Part shown: one piece after another, positions 23,771 to 32,397 of the stretch
Layout of the letters: every line of letters begins with the position of its first letter
Numbering within the stretch: position 1 is the first letter of the stretch
Assembly: GCA_018825335.1 (NCBI GenBank)
Contig: JAHJEW010000051.1
Span: 1-59,578, forward strand
DNA length: 59,578 nucleotides
Source: Patescibacteria group bacterium
GTDB lineage: Bacteria; Patescibacteriota; Gracilibacteria; UBA1369
Direction: 5' to 3'
Position numbers and translations under genes: made by a program
The notes under the pieces: generated by a model
What the model was told of the DNA's origin: nothing
Seen by the model: the letters and a program-made list of their open reading frames with translations, nothing else
Database searches by the model: none

Positions 23771-24925
23771 ATGCTAAAAACGCGCCAACAGCTTGAAGAA
23801 GAAGAAAACGCCCGACTGGCACCTTATGCCATGAAGAATTCGCAAAGTCTGGGGCGGCTATACAAGGAAAAAGAAGATAACGGACGCATGCCTTTCCAGC
23901 GCGACCGCGACCGTATAATTCACTGCCGCGCTTTTAGAAGGCTGCAAGCCAAAACTCAGGTATTCGTATCGTATTTTGGCGATCACTACCGAGACCGGCT
24001 GACACACTCCATTGAAGTTGCCCAAATAGCACGTGACATTTCGCGCAGACTCAGCCTCAACGAAGACTTGAGCGAATGCATAGCACTTGCGCATGATCTT
24101 GGCCATCCGCCTTTCGGCCACGGAGGCGAAGACGCGCTGAATGAATCCATGCAAAAATACGGGCTCCACTTTGAACACAACGAACAAAGCCGCCGGATAA
24201 TTGAAAAACTCGAAAAACTTTACCCCGGATTCGACGGTCTGAACCCTACCGTGGAGGTGCTGGATGGCCTTTTAAAGCACAATCCGCATAAATACGAGAC
24301 TCACATCAAGTTTGTCATGTCACCCCACCTGGAATCGCAGGTGGCGGATTTATCCGACGAAATCGCTTATACAAACCACGATCTGGACGACGGACTGCGC
24401 AGCGGAATAATAACCATGAAACAACTGAAGGACTTTAAACTATGGAACGATGCCGAAAAACAGGTGTATGAAATCCACGGTAAACAGGCTTTTTCATTCG
24501 GACCGGACGGCGAACGCCGCCTTCAAAGCCGCACAATAAGCCGGATGATCGGCCGCATGATCGAAGATCTGCAATATCAAACCGAATCAAACCTGAATGC
24601 ATTTGGAATCGATTCAATAGAAAAAGTCCGTATCCAGGGCCGAAAAATAGTCTCTTTCAGTGATGCGATCTCACCGCATCTGGCCGAGCTTCGTGATTTT
24701 CTTCATGAAAACTTTTACTATCATCCAACAGTTCACGCTCAAATCGAAAAAGGCAGGAACATCATAAAAGAACTGTTTATTTTCTACGGTAAAAATCCGC
24801 AAAAACTCCCCGATCCATATTTGGAAGCAATCAAAAGTGGCGAGCGGCCGGAAATTGTGATAAAGGATTATATTGCGGGCATGACAGACCACTATGCCGA
24901 AGAAAAATTTAATGAAAATCTATGA
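23771..24925 (+). CDS. dgt: dGTPase-like HD-domain triphosphohydrolase
   Basis: FQRDRDRIIHCRAFRRL, HSIEVAQIARDI and LAHDLGHPPFGH are classic Dgt-family HD motifs. 384 aa. Confidence 0.85.
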   Translation: MLKTRQQLEEEENARLAPYAMKNSQSLGRLYKEKEDNGRMPFQRDRDRIIHCRAFRRLQAKTQVFVSYFGDHYRDRLTHSIEVAQIARDISRRLSLNEDLSECIALAHDLGHPPFGHGGEDALNESMQKYGLHFEHNEQSRRIIEKLEKLYPGFDGLNPTVEVLDGLLKHNPHKYETHIKFVMSPHLESQVADLSDEIAYTNHDLDDGLRSGIITMKQLKDFKLWNDAEKQVYEIHGKQAFSFGPDGERRLQSRTISRMIGRMIEDLQYQTESNLNAFGIDSIEKVRIQGRKIVSFSDAISPHLAELRDFLHENFYYHPTVHAQIEKGRNIIKELFIFYGKNPQKLPDPYLEAIKSGERPEIVIKDYIAGMTDHYAEEKFNENL

Positions 24926-25365
24926 TTTGTCCAAAATGTAAGCAAAAAGACACACGCGTACTGGACTCCCGCGAAACCAACGAATCCCGCGAAATACGCC
25001 GCCGCAGAAAATGCGAAGCCTGCAATTTTCGCTTTACCACCTTTGAAAGAGCCGAAACAACCAACTTCCTGGTAATAAAAAAGGACGAATCACGTCAGGC
25101 CTATGACCGCCAGAAGCTGGAAAGCGGCATATGGAAAGCCTGCGAGAAACGTCCGGTAACCGAGGAACAGATTAGCAAAATGCTCAATGAACTGGAGGAA
25201 GAGTGGTCGCGCAGAGGGAAAGAGGTTCCCGCGAAATTAATTGGAGAGGGTGTTATGGAAAAATTGCGCCAACTGGACGATGTCGCCTATATTCGCTTTG
25301 CCTCTGTGTACCGCCATTTCAAGGACATCGAAACTTTCCGCAAGGAACTGCAGAAACTCATATAA
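24922..25365 (+). CDS. nrdR: transcriptional repressor NrdR
   Basis: MICPKCKQKDTRVLDSRE plus C..C forms the zinc ribbon, followed by an ATP-cone-like region. 147 aa. ATGA overlap with dgt. Confidence 0.9.
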   Translation: MICPKCKQKDTRVLDSRETNESREIRRRRKCEACNFRFTTFERAETTNFLVIKKDESRQAYDRQKLESGIWKACEKRPVTEEQISKMLNELEEEWSRRGKEVPAKLIGEGVMEKLRQLDDVAYIRFASVYRHFKDIETFRKELQKLI

Positions 25366-25385
25366 TTGTCCCCACCCTTTAATTA

Positions 25386-25413
25386 TTGACGTATCCTAGC
25401 GGTATGTTATAAT
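25386..25413 (+). promoter_or_regulatory. near-consensus sigma70 promoter with extended -10
   Basis: TTGACG at 25386-25391, a 16-nt spacer ending in TGT, then TATAAT at 25408-25413, about 45 nt upstream of the L,D-transpeptidase ATG. Confidence 0.55.
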
Positions 25414-25458
25414 TTAATGATGCCAAAATGAAGGCAATAAAAAGAAAAACAAAACAAA

Positions 25459-26508
25459 ATGCGCAAAACACTTGGAACTCTGGCAATAATAACGGCACTT
25501 TCCTCACTTCTGGTTTTACAGGGGGTTTTCGCGCAGGATGCACCGGTGGTTCATGGTGTGAAAAGGCAGATTGCCGATGCGGGCGAAAATGCGAAAAAAA
25601 CAACTCAGGAACAGGTAAATTGCGCTTTTGAAGAGCCGGAAAACCAGGTCTACGACGCGCAGTTTATCGCAACGCGCAAAAAAGGCGTCGTGGCCAAAGG
25701 TGAACTCTTCGAAACACGCATATATATTAGAAATACGGGAAATGTCCCATGGTTTTCGGCGCAAAGCGGCTGTAAAAACATGGTTGTCAACCTTGGAACG
25801 GATAACGACCGTGACCGCATAAGCCCGTTTTTCACGAACAATTTGCTTTGGGAAAGCGGATGGGCAAAGGAAAATCGCATTTACATGAAAAGTCTGCGTG
25901 TAGATCCGGGGAAATTGGCTGAATTTGCCTTCTGGAGCAGAGCGCCACAGGAAGACGGATTTTTCAGGGAAATATACACACCGGTCGTGGAAGGTAAAAA
26001 ATGGCTTGAAAACGGGACTATTACATCAGATATCAGAGTCGGGAATGGATCAATTCCGCTAAAAAATAAAGACATCCTGAAATACATTCAGACAAGCACC
26101 AATTTATCCAAAATCAATCTGGATGGCGACCGTTGGATCAAGGTGGATATTTCGGAGCAGCGTATGAGTCTGATGGTGGGGGATTATCTGCTGAGAAATT
26201 TTCCGGTAAGCACCGGCAAACGTAGCACTCCCACACCATATGGAGAAACAATAATATTTCAAAAACAGGAAGTGCGCGTCGGCGGTGGTTACCCGCACTA
26301 TATAATGCCAAAATGGCTGCAATTCAGAAGGGGATACGGTATTCATGCCCTGCCAAGTCTCGCCAACGATGGTGGAGTTTTCTGGACGGAAGCGCTAAAT
26401 CACATAGGCACACCGCGAAGTCATGGTTGTATACGTCTTCTACCCGCGGACGCCGAATTCACCTACAATTTCGCAGGGATAGGAACAGCCGTGAAAGTTG
26501 TACCCTAA
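25459..26508 (+). CDS. secreted L,D-transpeptidase (YkuD domain) with an N-terminal extra domain
   Basis: Signal-like N-terminus (LAIITALSSLLVLQGVFA). The C-terminal YkuD signature is ..YGIHA..PRSHGCIRL. Confidence 0.8.
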   Translation: MRKTLGTLAIITALSSLLVLQGVFAQDAPVVHGVKRQIADAGENAKKTTQEQVNCAFEEPENQVYDAQFIATRKKGVVAKGELFETRIYIRNTGNVPWFSAQSGCKNMVVNLGTDNDRDRISPFFTNNLLWESGWAKENRIYMKSLRVDPGKLAEFAFWSRAPQEDGFFREIYTPVVEGKKWLENGTITSDIRVGNGSIPLKNKDILKYIQTSTNLSKINLDGDRWIKVDISEQRMSLMVGDYLLRNFPVSTGKRSTPTPYGETIIFQKQEVRVGGGYPHYIMPKWLQFRRGYGIHALPSLANDGGVFWTEALNHIGTPRSHGCIRLLPADAEFTYNFAGIGTAVKVVP

Positions 26509-27104
26509 AGGTCATCCATACCGGAAATCCCGGTACTACCCCCGCATTCCAGATTTGAACCGCTGCGCCCACCTGATAAATCCATTCCAACGGGACTATT
26601 TATTGTAGCCAAAAGAGCATCGATTTTACGACCATCCAGTAACAAACTCACAAGGGAAGCAACGGTCCTGTCGTTAATAAATCTTGGAAAATTCCGGCCA
26701 AACCGTTTTAGCAAAATTCCAAGAACATTCTTGAAGTTTTTTTGTTGATCTTTCAAAGCCAATAAAGCATCCCGGACTTCATTCATGGAAAGTTTATCCT
26801 CTTCCTCGGAAATGGGTCCCATATCCGACAAATATTCCGCATAATGATCACAAAAAATAATAGTATCGGCTACTAGCCGGCTCACCTTAATTCTTCCGGG
26901 CTTTCTCTTTCCGGCTTCTTTTTTTGGAGTCGATAAAGACTTACCGGTAGCCGCCTCATAATCAGCAGCAAAAGAAATCATTTCCCGAAGTGCCTGAATA
27001 TCGGAATCACCCGTACTGCACATGGGAACATTTTTCTGTCCGCCTATATCCTCTACCAGAGTCACATAAAACGGTTCATTACTATTTAGTATATTTTTAG
27101 ACAT
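26505..27104 (-). CDS. hypothetical protein
   Basis: 199-aa ORF with coding-like composition and no competing ORF. No motif recognised. Confidence 0.5.
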   Translation of the reverse strand: MSKNILNSNEPFYVTLVEDIGGQKNVPMCSTGDSDIQALREMISFAADYEAATGKSLSTPKKEAGKRKPGRIKVSRLVADTIIFCDHYAEYLSDMGPISEEEDKLSMNEVRDALLALKDQQKNFKNVLGILLKRFGRNFPRFINDRTVASLVSLLLDGRKIDALLATINSPVGMDLSGGRSGSNLECGGSTGISGMDDL

Positions 27105-27161
27105 GATTATGTATAATTAGCGGGCCGGAAATAGGTCATACCATAACAAAGAACAGTCAAG

Positions 27162-29333
27162 TTGTCAATCCTTCAACAACTCAACGATAAACAGCGCGAA
27201 GCAGTCCTTTGCATAAACGGCCCGCTTTTGGTAGTTGCGGGTGCTGGATCCGGCAAAACAAAGGCGCTCACCCACAGGATTGCCTATTTAATGAGCGAGA
27301 AAAAAGTATGCCCATGGAATATTCTGGCGGTTACTTTCACCAACAAAGCCGCCAACGAAATGAAAGAGCGCATAATCAGCCTTGTTGGAAGCAGCGAAGA
27401 AAGAGATCTGCCGAACATTGGAACATTCCATGCAACCTGCGTGCGCATTCTGCGCAAAAATATCCATCTTCTAAATTACGAAAATTCCTTCACTATTTAC
27501 GATACGGCGGATCAGCAAATTCTCATGAAGCATGTCATGAAAGACCTTAACCTTAGCGATAAACAGATCAACCCCAAAGCGATTTTAACCCACATTTCAA
27601 ACGCCAAAAACCAGCTAATAGGGCCTATGGAGTACAGATCCTACGCCACCAACTATTTTACCGAAAAAGTACACGAAGCGTATACCCGTTACCAAAAAGA
27701 ACTCCAAAAAAACAGCGCCCTGGATTTTGACGATATAATCATGAAAACGGTGGAACTATTCAAATCCCAGCCCAAAGTGCTCGATCAATACCAGGAAAAA
27801 TTCAAATATATTTCCATAGATGAGTACCAGGACACCAATCACGCCCAGTACGTTTTAACCAATCTGCTTGCGGAAAAATATCGCAACCTTTGCGTGATAG
27901 GAGACTCGGATCAGAGCATTTACAGCTTTCGCGGAGCCAATATTCAGAACATCCTTGATTTTGAAAAAGATTATCCGGATGCCAAAATCGTGCTCCTTGA
28001 ACAAAATTACCGCTCCCCCCAGACCATTCTTGACGGCGCGCACGCAATCATCCAAAAAAACGGCAAAAGAAAAGACAAAAAACTCTGGACTTCCCGCAGC
28101 GGCGGCGACAAAATCATGGTGCGCGCCCTTGAAAACGAACGCATGGAAGCCGAATTTGTAGCCAAAACAGTCCGCGAACAAATGGAATCGCACGAAACCC
28201 CGTCCTACAAAGACTTCGTTATCCTCTACCGCACAAACGCACAGTCCCGCCTGTTCGAGGAAGCCTTTTTGCGCTACGGCATGCCATATAAAATCGTCGG
28301 AGGCATTAAATTCTATCAACGCAAAGAGGTAAAAGACATGGTCGCGTACCTGCGCGTAATCCAAAACCCGTCCGACAGCGTCAGCCTCTTTAGAATAATC
28401 AACACGCCGACCAGAAAAATCGGCGCACGAACATTGGAAATAATTCAGGACTATGCTCTGCAAAAAAATCTCAGCTTCTTTGAAGCAATGCAGCAGGTAG
28501 AATCTATACCCGAAATGAACTTATCGAAAACGGAGGCAATAAGCCAATTTATCGACCTCGTAAAAGAGCTTCAGAAAATAAACACGCAGTTCAGCGCTTC
28601 GGGAGTAATAAAACACGTCCTCGACCTGAGCGGCTATAAAAAATTCATCGATGACGGAACCATTGAAGGAGAAAGCCGCCTTGAAAACATCTACGAACTC
28701 ATTTCCGTGGCCGCCAAATACGACAATCTGGAGGCCGGAATATCACTAAGCATTTTTCTGGAAGAAATATCTCTGATTGCGGATGTGGACACCCTGGACA
28801 GTCAGGACAACGCCGTAACACTTATGACTATACACTCGGCCAAAGGACTGGAATTCCCGACAGTTTTCATTGCGGGACTTGAGGAAGGCATTCTACCGCA
28901 CTCACGCAGTCTTCTGGAGCGGGACGAGCTGGAAGAAGAAAGACGTCTTATGTACGTGGGAATGACCCGTGCCAAAGACCGCCTGTATCTGCTACGCGCC
29001 AAAAACCGCATGCTATACGGCGAAACGCAGTCGAATACACCTTCACAATTTCTGTCCGAAATACCGCAGGCAATCGTCGACAGCGAGCAGGAAGCAGTCC
29101 GTACCCACCGCGAACTTTCGACGCAGGAACTCGGTTACACGCCGATTCCATACGAAGAATATGATGAAGACGGAATTCAGCTTAACGAAGGGGATAAAGT
29201 TGCCCATGCCACTTTTGGTGAAGGCACAGTAATGAACGTGACAGGCGCCGTAGCCGTAGTCGCCTTCAACAACCCGAAATACGGCGTCAAAAAAATGGCG
29301 CTCTCCATCGCCCCCCTAAAAAAAATCGGATAA
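27162..29333 (+). CDS. pcrA: ATP-dependent DNA helicase PcrA/UvrD (SF1)
   Basis: TTG start. LNDKQREAV, VVAGAGSGKTKALTHRIAYL (motif I), DEYQDTN (motif II), TIHSAKGLEF and YVGMTRAK (motifs V/VI). 723 aa. Confidence 0.9.
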   Translation: MSILQQLNDKQREAVLCINGPLLVVAGAGSGKTKALTHRIAYLMSEKKVCPWNILAVTFTNKAANEMKERIISLVGSSEERDLPNIGTFHATCVRILRKNIHLLNYENSFTIYDTADQQILMKHVMKDLNLSDKQINPKAILTHISNAKNQLIGPMEYRSYATNYFTEKVHEAYTRYQKELQKNSALDFDDIIMKTVELFKSQPKVLDQYQEKFKYISIDEYQDTNHAQYVLTNLLAEKYRNLCVIGDSDQSIYSFRGANIQNILDFEKDYPDAKIVLLEQNYRSPQTILDGAHAIIQKNGKRKDKKLWTSRSGGDKIMVRALENERMEAEFVAKTVREQMESHETPSYKDFVILYRTNAQSRLFEEAFLRYGMPYKIVGGIKFYQRKEVKDMVAYLRVIQNPSDSVSLFRIINTPTRKIGARTLEIIQDYALQKNLSFFEAMQQVESIPEMNLSKTEAISQFIDLVKELQKINTQFSASGVIKHVLDLSGYKKFIDDGTIEGESRLENIYELISVAAKYDNLEAGISLSIFLEEISLIADVDTLDSQDNAVTLMTIHSAKGLEFPTVFIAGLEEGILPHSRSLLERDELEEERRLMYVGMTRAKDRLYLLRAKNRMLYGETQSNTPSQFLSEIPQAIVDSEQEAVRTHRELSTQELGYTPIPYEEYDEDGIQLNEGDKVAHATFGEGTVMNVTGAVAVVAFNNPKYGVKKMALSIAPLKKIG

Positions 29334-29349
29334 AAACAAAATTAATTCG

Positions 29350-29405
29350 TCATTTGAAATTTGACATTTGTCATTTGTCATTCGGATTTCGGATTTCGGA
29401 TTTCC
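29350..29405. repeat. eight tandem degenerate heptamers
   Basis: tcatttg aaatttg acatttg tcatttg tcattcg gatttcg gatttcg gatttcc, with strict 7-nt phasing. It lies between the convergent pcrA and the 73-aa zinc-ribbon gene and covers that gene's last codons. Confidence 0.8.
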
Positions 29406-29599
29406 TCCTCCTCCTTTACCCTGTAAAAAGCCCGGATCGTTTTTTCCGTACCGAAAGCCACATTCTTTGTCCCGCAAACGGCGCATCTGTAAACAAACTT
29501 GCGCCCGACCGGTTTGGTCTCGACAATTTTCTCGCAGTCCTTGCAGTAATAAACCACATGACCCTTCAGTATATTTGAAACATATGCGGATCTTGCCAT
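29378..29599 (-). CDS. small zinc-ribbon protein
   Basis: 73 aa with CKDC..x17..CAVC. The start codon shares one nt with the stop of the upstream membrane-protein gene (TGATG). Confidence 0.55.
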   Translation of the reverse strand: MARSAYVSNILKGHVVYYCKDCEKIVETKPVGRKFVYRCAVCGTKNVAFGTEKTIRAFYRVKEEEEIRNPKSE

Positions 29600-30249
29600 C
29601 AGAGATCTAATCTATAAGGTTGTACGGACTTTTTCCCCGAAGCAGACGCAGCACTACTTACATCCTGCTGAATCTGAACCGGATCCATTGCCGGCTCAGT
29701 GGAAACATTGGTTCTAATGTTCTCCCTCGGTTTTTCCTGTTTTGGAAACTCGATAAGGGGATCGCGGGTTTCATCCTCGAATTCCCTTAGTAAAGAAGCT
29801 TTGTCGCGCGTGGACAGATAACCGCCGATTGTAATGAAAGAAGAAGCGATAAAGGCGAAAAACATGCCGAACTGTGATTGCTTGAGTGTAATATTGATGC
29901 CGAATTTCGCGTGAAAATAAACCGAATTAACAACCAGAAGCATAAAAAAGGCGAAAAGCCCGGTCGCAAAATAGAAAGCGGAAGGTTTTACGCTCAAATA
30001 AGGAATCTTTCTGCCATTGATCTCGGCAAAAAGCATCGCGATATTTATTGCGGCCAAAATCAGCAAACTATAACCCGCAAGATAAAGTGGCCCGGTAATC
30101 CCAAGAAACATATCACCCGTTTTAAAAGAATCCAGATCCTGATACCACGGCAGAAAAAGGCTTAAAATAAGCAAAACCGAACCAACACCCAGTAGTTTTT
30201 TCTCAAAAGAAAGTTCCCCGAAAATCTGTGAAATATTTTTTGTAGGCAT
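29599..30249 (-). CDS. integral membrane protein (about 5 TM segments) with a hydrophilic C-terminal tail
   Basis: 216 aa with repeated 20-aa hydrophobic segments. No other motif recognised. Confidence 0.6.
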   Translation of the reverse strand: MPTKNISQIFGELSFEKKLLGVGSVLLILSLFLPWYQDLDSFKTGDMFLGITGPLYLAGYSLLILAAINIAMLFAEINGRKIPYLSVKPSAFYFATGLFAFFMLLVVNSVYFHAKFGINITLKQSQFGMFFAFIASSFITIGGYLSTRDKASLLREFEDETRDPLIEFPKQEKPRENIRTNVSTEPAMDPVQIQQDVSSAASASGKKSVQPYRLDL

Positions 30250-30375
30250 AATATTTTTCCCATATGAAATACATGCCCAATATAAAGGATAAAACGCGTC
30301 TTTGTAAAGCTGCTATTGAGGACTACACAAATCCGGAAATATTCATTAGAATGGGCTGGCTTTGGAAAAGTTCAA

Positions 30376-31488
30376 ATGAAAATAGCCATAGACATCAAAG
30401 GCGCGGACAAGGAAAAAACCGGAAAAGGCTGGTATACCTACAATATGGTGGATCAGCTGCTCAAGCTGGACAATTTCAACCAATATTTACTCTACACAAA
30501 TAATAAAAAAAATCCCTTTCCCGATGCCAAAAACGCCCAAATAAAGTGCGTTGAGGATGAATCGGTCAAATGGCATTACAAAGTATTAAAAGATCTACAG
30601 ATGGAAAAAGTGGATCTTTTTTTTGCTCCCACCAGCTATATCATCCCGGCTTTTGCCCCGAAATCGCTCAATGTAATCATCACCGTGCACGATCTGGTGG
30701 CCTTTCTGTTTCCGGCGACGCACAAGGCCAAAGCCACTATCATTGAAAGATTGACTCTGAAAAAAGCTCTGAAAAAAGCAAAAAAAGTATTCGTCGTATC
30801 TGAAAATACCCGTAAAGACCTGCTGAAAAGATTCGATTATCCCCAGCAAAATATTCATCTAACCCCATGCGCCCCGTCCGATTTCTTTAGAACCAAGGTC
30901 AGTCTGGAAGATCTTGAAGCATTTATAGCAAAAATGAAGCTTCCCGAAAAATTTATTCTTGCCGTCGGCACACTGGAGCCGCGCAAAAATTTTGCCACGC
31001 TGATAAAAAGCTTTGTATCATTACAGAAACGTCATCCGGATTACAAACTGGTCATTGTCGGGAAGAAAGGCTGGCGATTCAAAGAAATAGAGGCATCAAT
31101 CAAACAATATAAAATGGAAAAAGAGGTTATTTTCCCGGGATACGTTAAGGAGGATGAGCTGCAAAAATTCTATGGCCTGGCCAAAGTCTTCATTTTTCCG
31201 TCACTATATGAAGGATTCGGTATTCCGCCGCTGGAAGCCATGGCCAGCGGTTGCCCGGTTGTCAGCTCCAATGTGGCGTCACTGCCGGAAGTGATTGGCG
31301 ATGCGGGACTATTAATCGATCCAAAAAATTCCTATAAAATGGCGGAGGCTGTTGCGGACTTAATAGACAACGATCATGTACGAAACACGATGATCGAAAG
31401 AGGGTACAGGCAGGCCGAAAAGTTCAGTTGGGAAAAAAGCGCGCAGGTGGCTCTGGAAGTTTTTCAAACCATTAAAAAAGGAATATGA
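30376..31488 (+). CDS. glycosyltransferase, GT4 (GT-B fold) family
   Basis: The track start at 30316 is TTG. The ATG at 30376 gives [10 protein letters not shown], typical of GT4 N-termini. The C-terminal region contains [23 protein letters not shown] (the E-x7-E region). Confidence 0.85.
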   Translation: MKIAIDIKGADKEKTGKGWYTYNMVDQLLKLDNFNQYLLYTNNKKNPFPDAKNAQIKCVEDESVKWHYKVLKDLQMEKVDLFFAPTSYIIPAFAPKSLNVIITVHDLVAFLFPATHKAKATIIERLTLKKALKKAKKVFVVSENTRKDLLKRFDYPQQNIHLTPCAPSDFFRTKVSLEDLEAFIAKMKLPEKFILAVGTLEPRKNFATLIKSFVSLQKRHPDYKLVIVGKKGWRFKEIEASIKQYKMEKEVIFPGYVKEDELQKFYGLAKVFIFPSLYEGFGIPPLEAMASGCPVVSSNVASLPEVIGDAGLLIDPKNSYKMAEAVADLIDNDHVRNTMIERGYRQAEKFSWEKSAQVALEVFQTIKKGI

Positions 31489-32381
31489 TCAAACAACCCA
31501 AAAAAAAGTTTAAAAAAGTCGGTATTCTGGCCAAAAAGGCCGTCGCCGCCAGGGTGAAAAATCTGGATAAAATAGTGAAAATTCTGCGCGACCATAAAGC
31601 GGAAGTGTTTTTCGACGAACATATTGGCGCAAAAATGAAAAGCAGGGAAGTGTATACCCGCGGCGAACTGCTGGATATGTGTGATCTGGTACTGGTGCTC
31701 GGCGGCGATGGCACCATTTTAAAAACAGCCGGACAAATCGGCCGGAAAAAAGTTCTTGTTCTTGCAGTGAATTACGGCAATCTCGGATTTTTGTCCGAAT
31801 CGCACCCCGAAAACCTGGAAAAAAATCTGGAGAAAATCTTCAAAGGCAGATATTTCATCGACAAACGTTCGCTGCTCAGAATTACTCATTACCGCAATAA
31901 GCGCAAATGCAACACATTTGTGGCCATGAACGACGCCGTAATAAACCAGGGATTATTCGCAAGACTTATTGAACTTAATATCGACATGGCCGGATCACAC
32001 GTAGTGAAATTTAAAGCGGACGGGATGATTATTTCCACGCCAACCGGCTCAACGGCACATTCACTTTCCGCAGGTGGCCCGATCGTACATCCGGCCCTAA
32101 ACGCGCTGATTATTACGCCTATCTGCCCTGCTCCGCTTACGCTTCGTCCGATTGTAATTCCCAACGACAAGAACGTCACTTTCACCGTTATTACACAGCG
32201 CAAGGAAGCGCACAATCTGGGACTGACAATAGATGGGCAGATTACAATTCCGCTTGAATTCGGTGACACCGTAAAAGCCAGAAGATCCAGAAGATGCTTC
32301 TATATGATCCGGTTTGAAGGATCCGCATATTACAAAACGCTCCGCGAAAAACTGGGATGGGGAAGAAAACCCAACGAATAA
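31485..32381 (+). CDS. nadK: NAD kinase
   Basis: LGGDGTIL, NDAVI and STPTGSTAHSLSAGGPI motifs. ATGA overlap with the GT gene. Confidence 0.9.
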   Translation: MIKQPKKKFKKVGILAKKAVAARVKNLDKIVKILRDHKAEVFFDEHIGAKMKSREVYTRGELLDMCDLVLVLGGDGTILKTAGQIGRKKVLVLAVNYGNLGFLSESHPENLEKNLEKIFKGRYFIDKRSLLRITHYRNKRKCNTFVAMNDAVINQGLFARLIELNIDMAGSHVVKFKADGMIISTPTGSTAHSLSAGGPIVHPALNALIITPICPAPLTLRPIVIPNDKNVTFTVITQRKEAHNLGLTIDGQITIPLEFGDTVKARRSRRCFYMIRFEGSAYYKTLREKLGWGRKPNE

Positions 32382-32397
32382 AACTTAAAAGACCTGT

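Noticed and set aside
27855-28463. 202-aa minus-strand ORF
   Set aside because: It is antisense to pcrA, which carries all SF1 helicase motifs in frame. This is a shadow ORF. The same reasoning applies to other antisense ORFs inside ppdK, gdh, the A2M gene and the S-layer gene.
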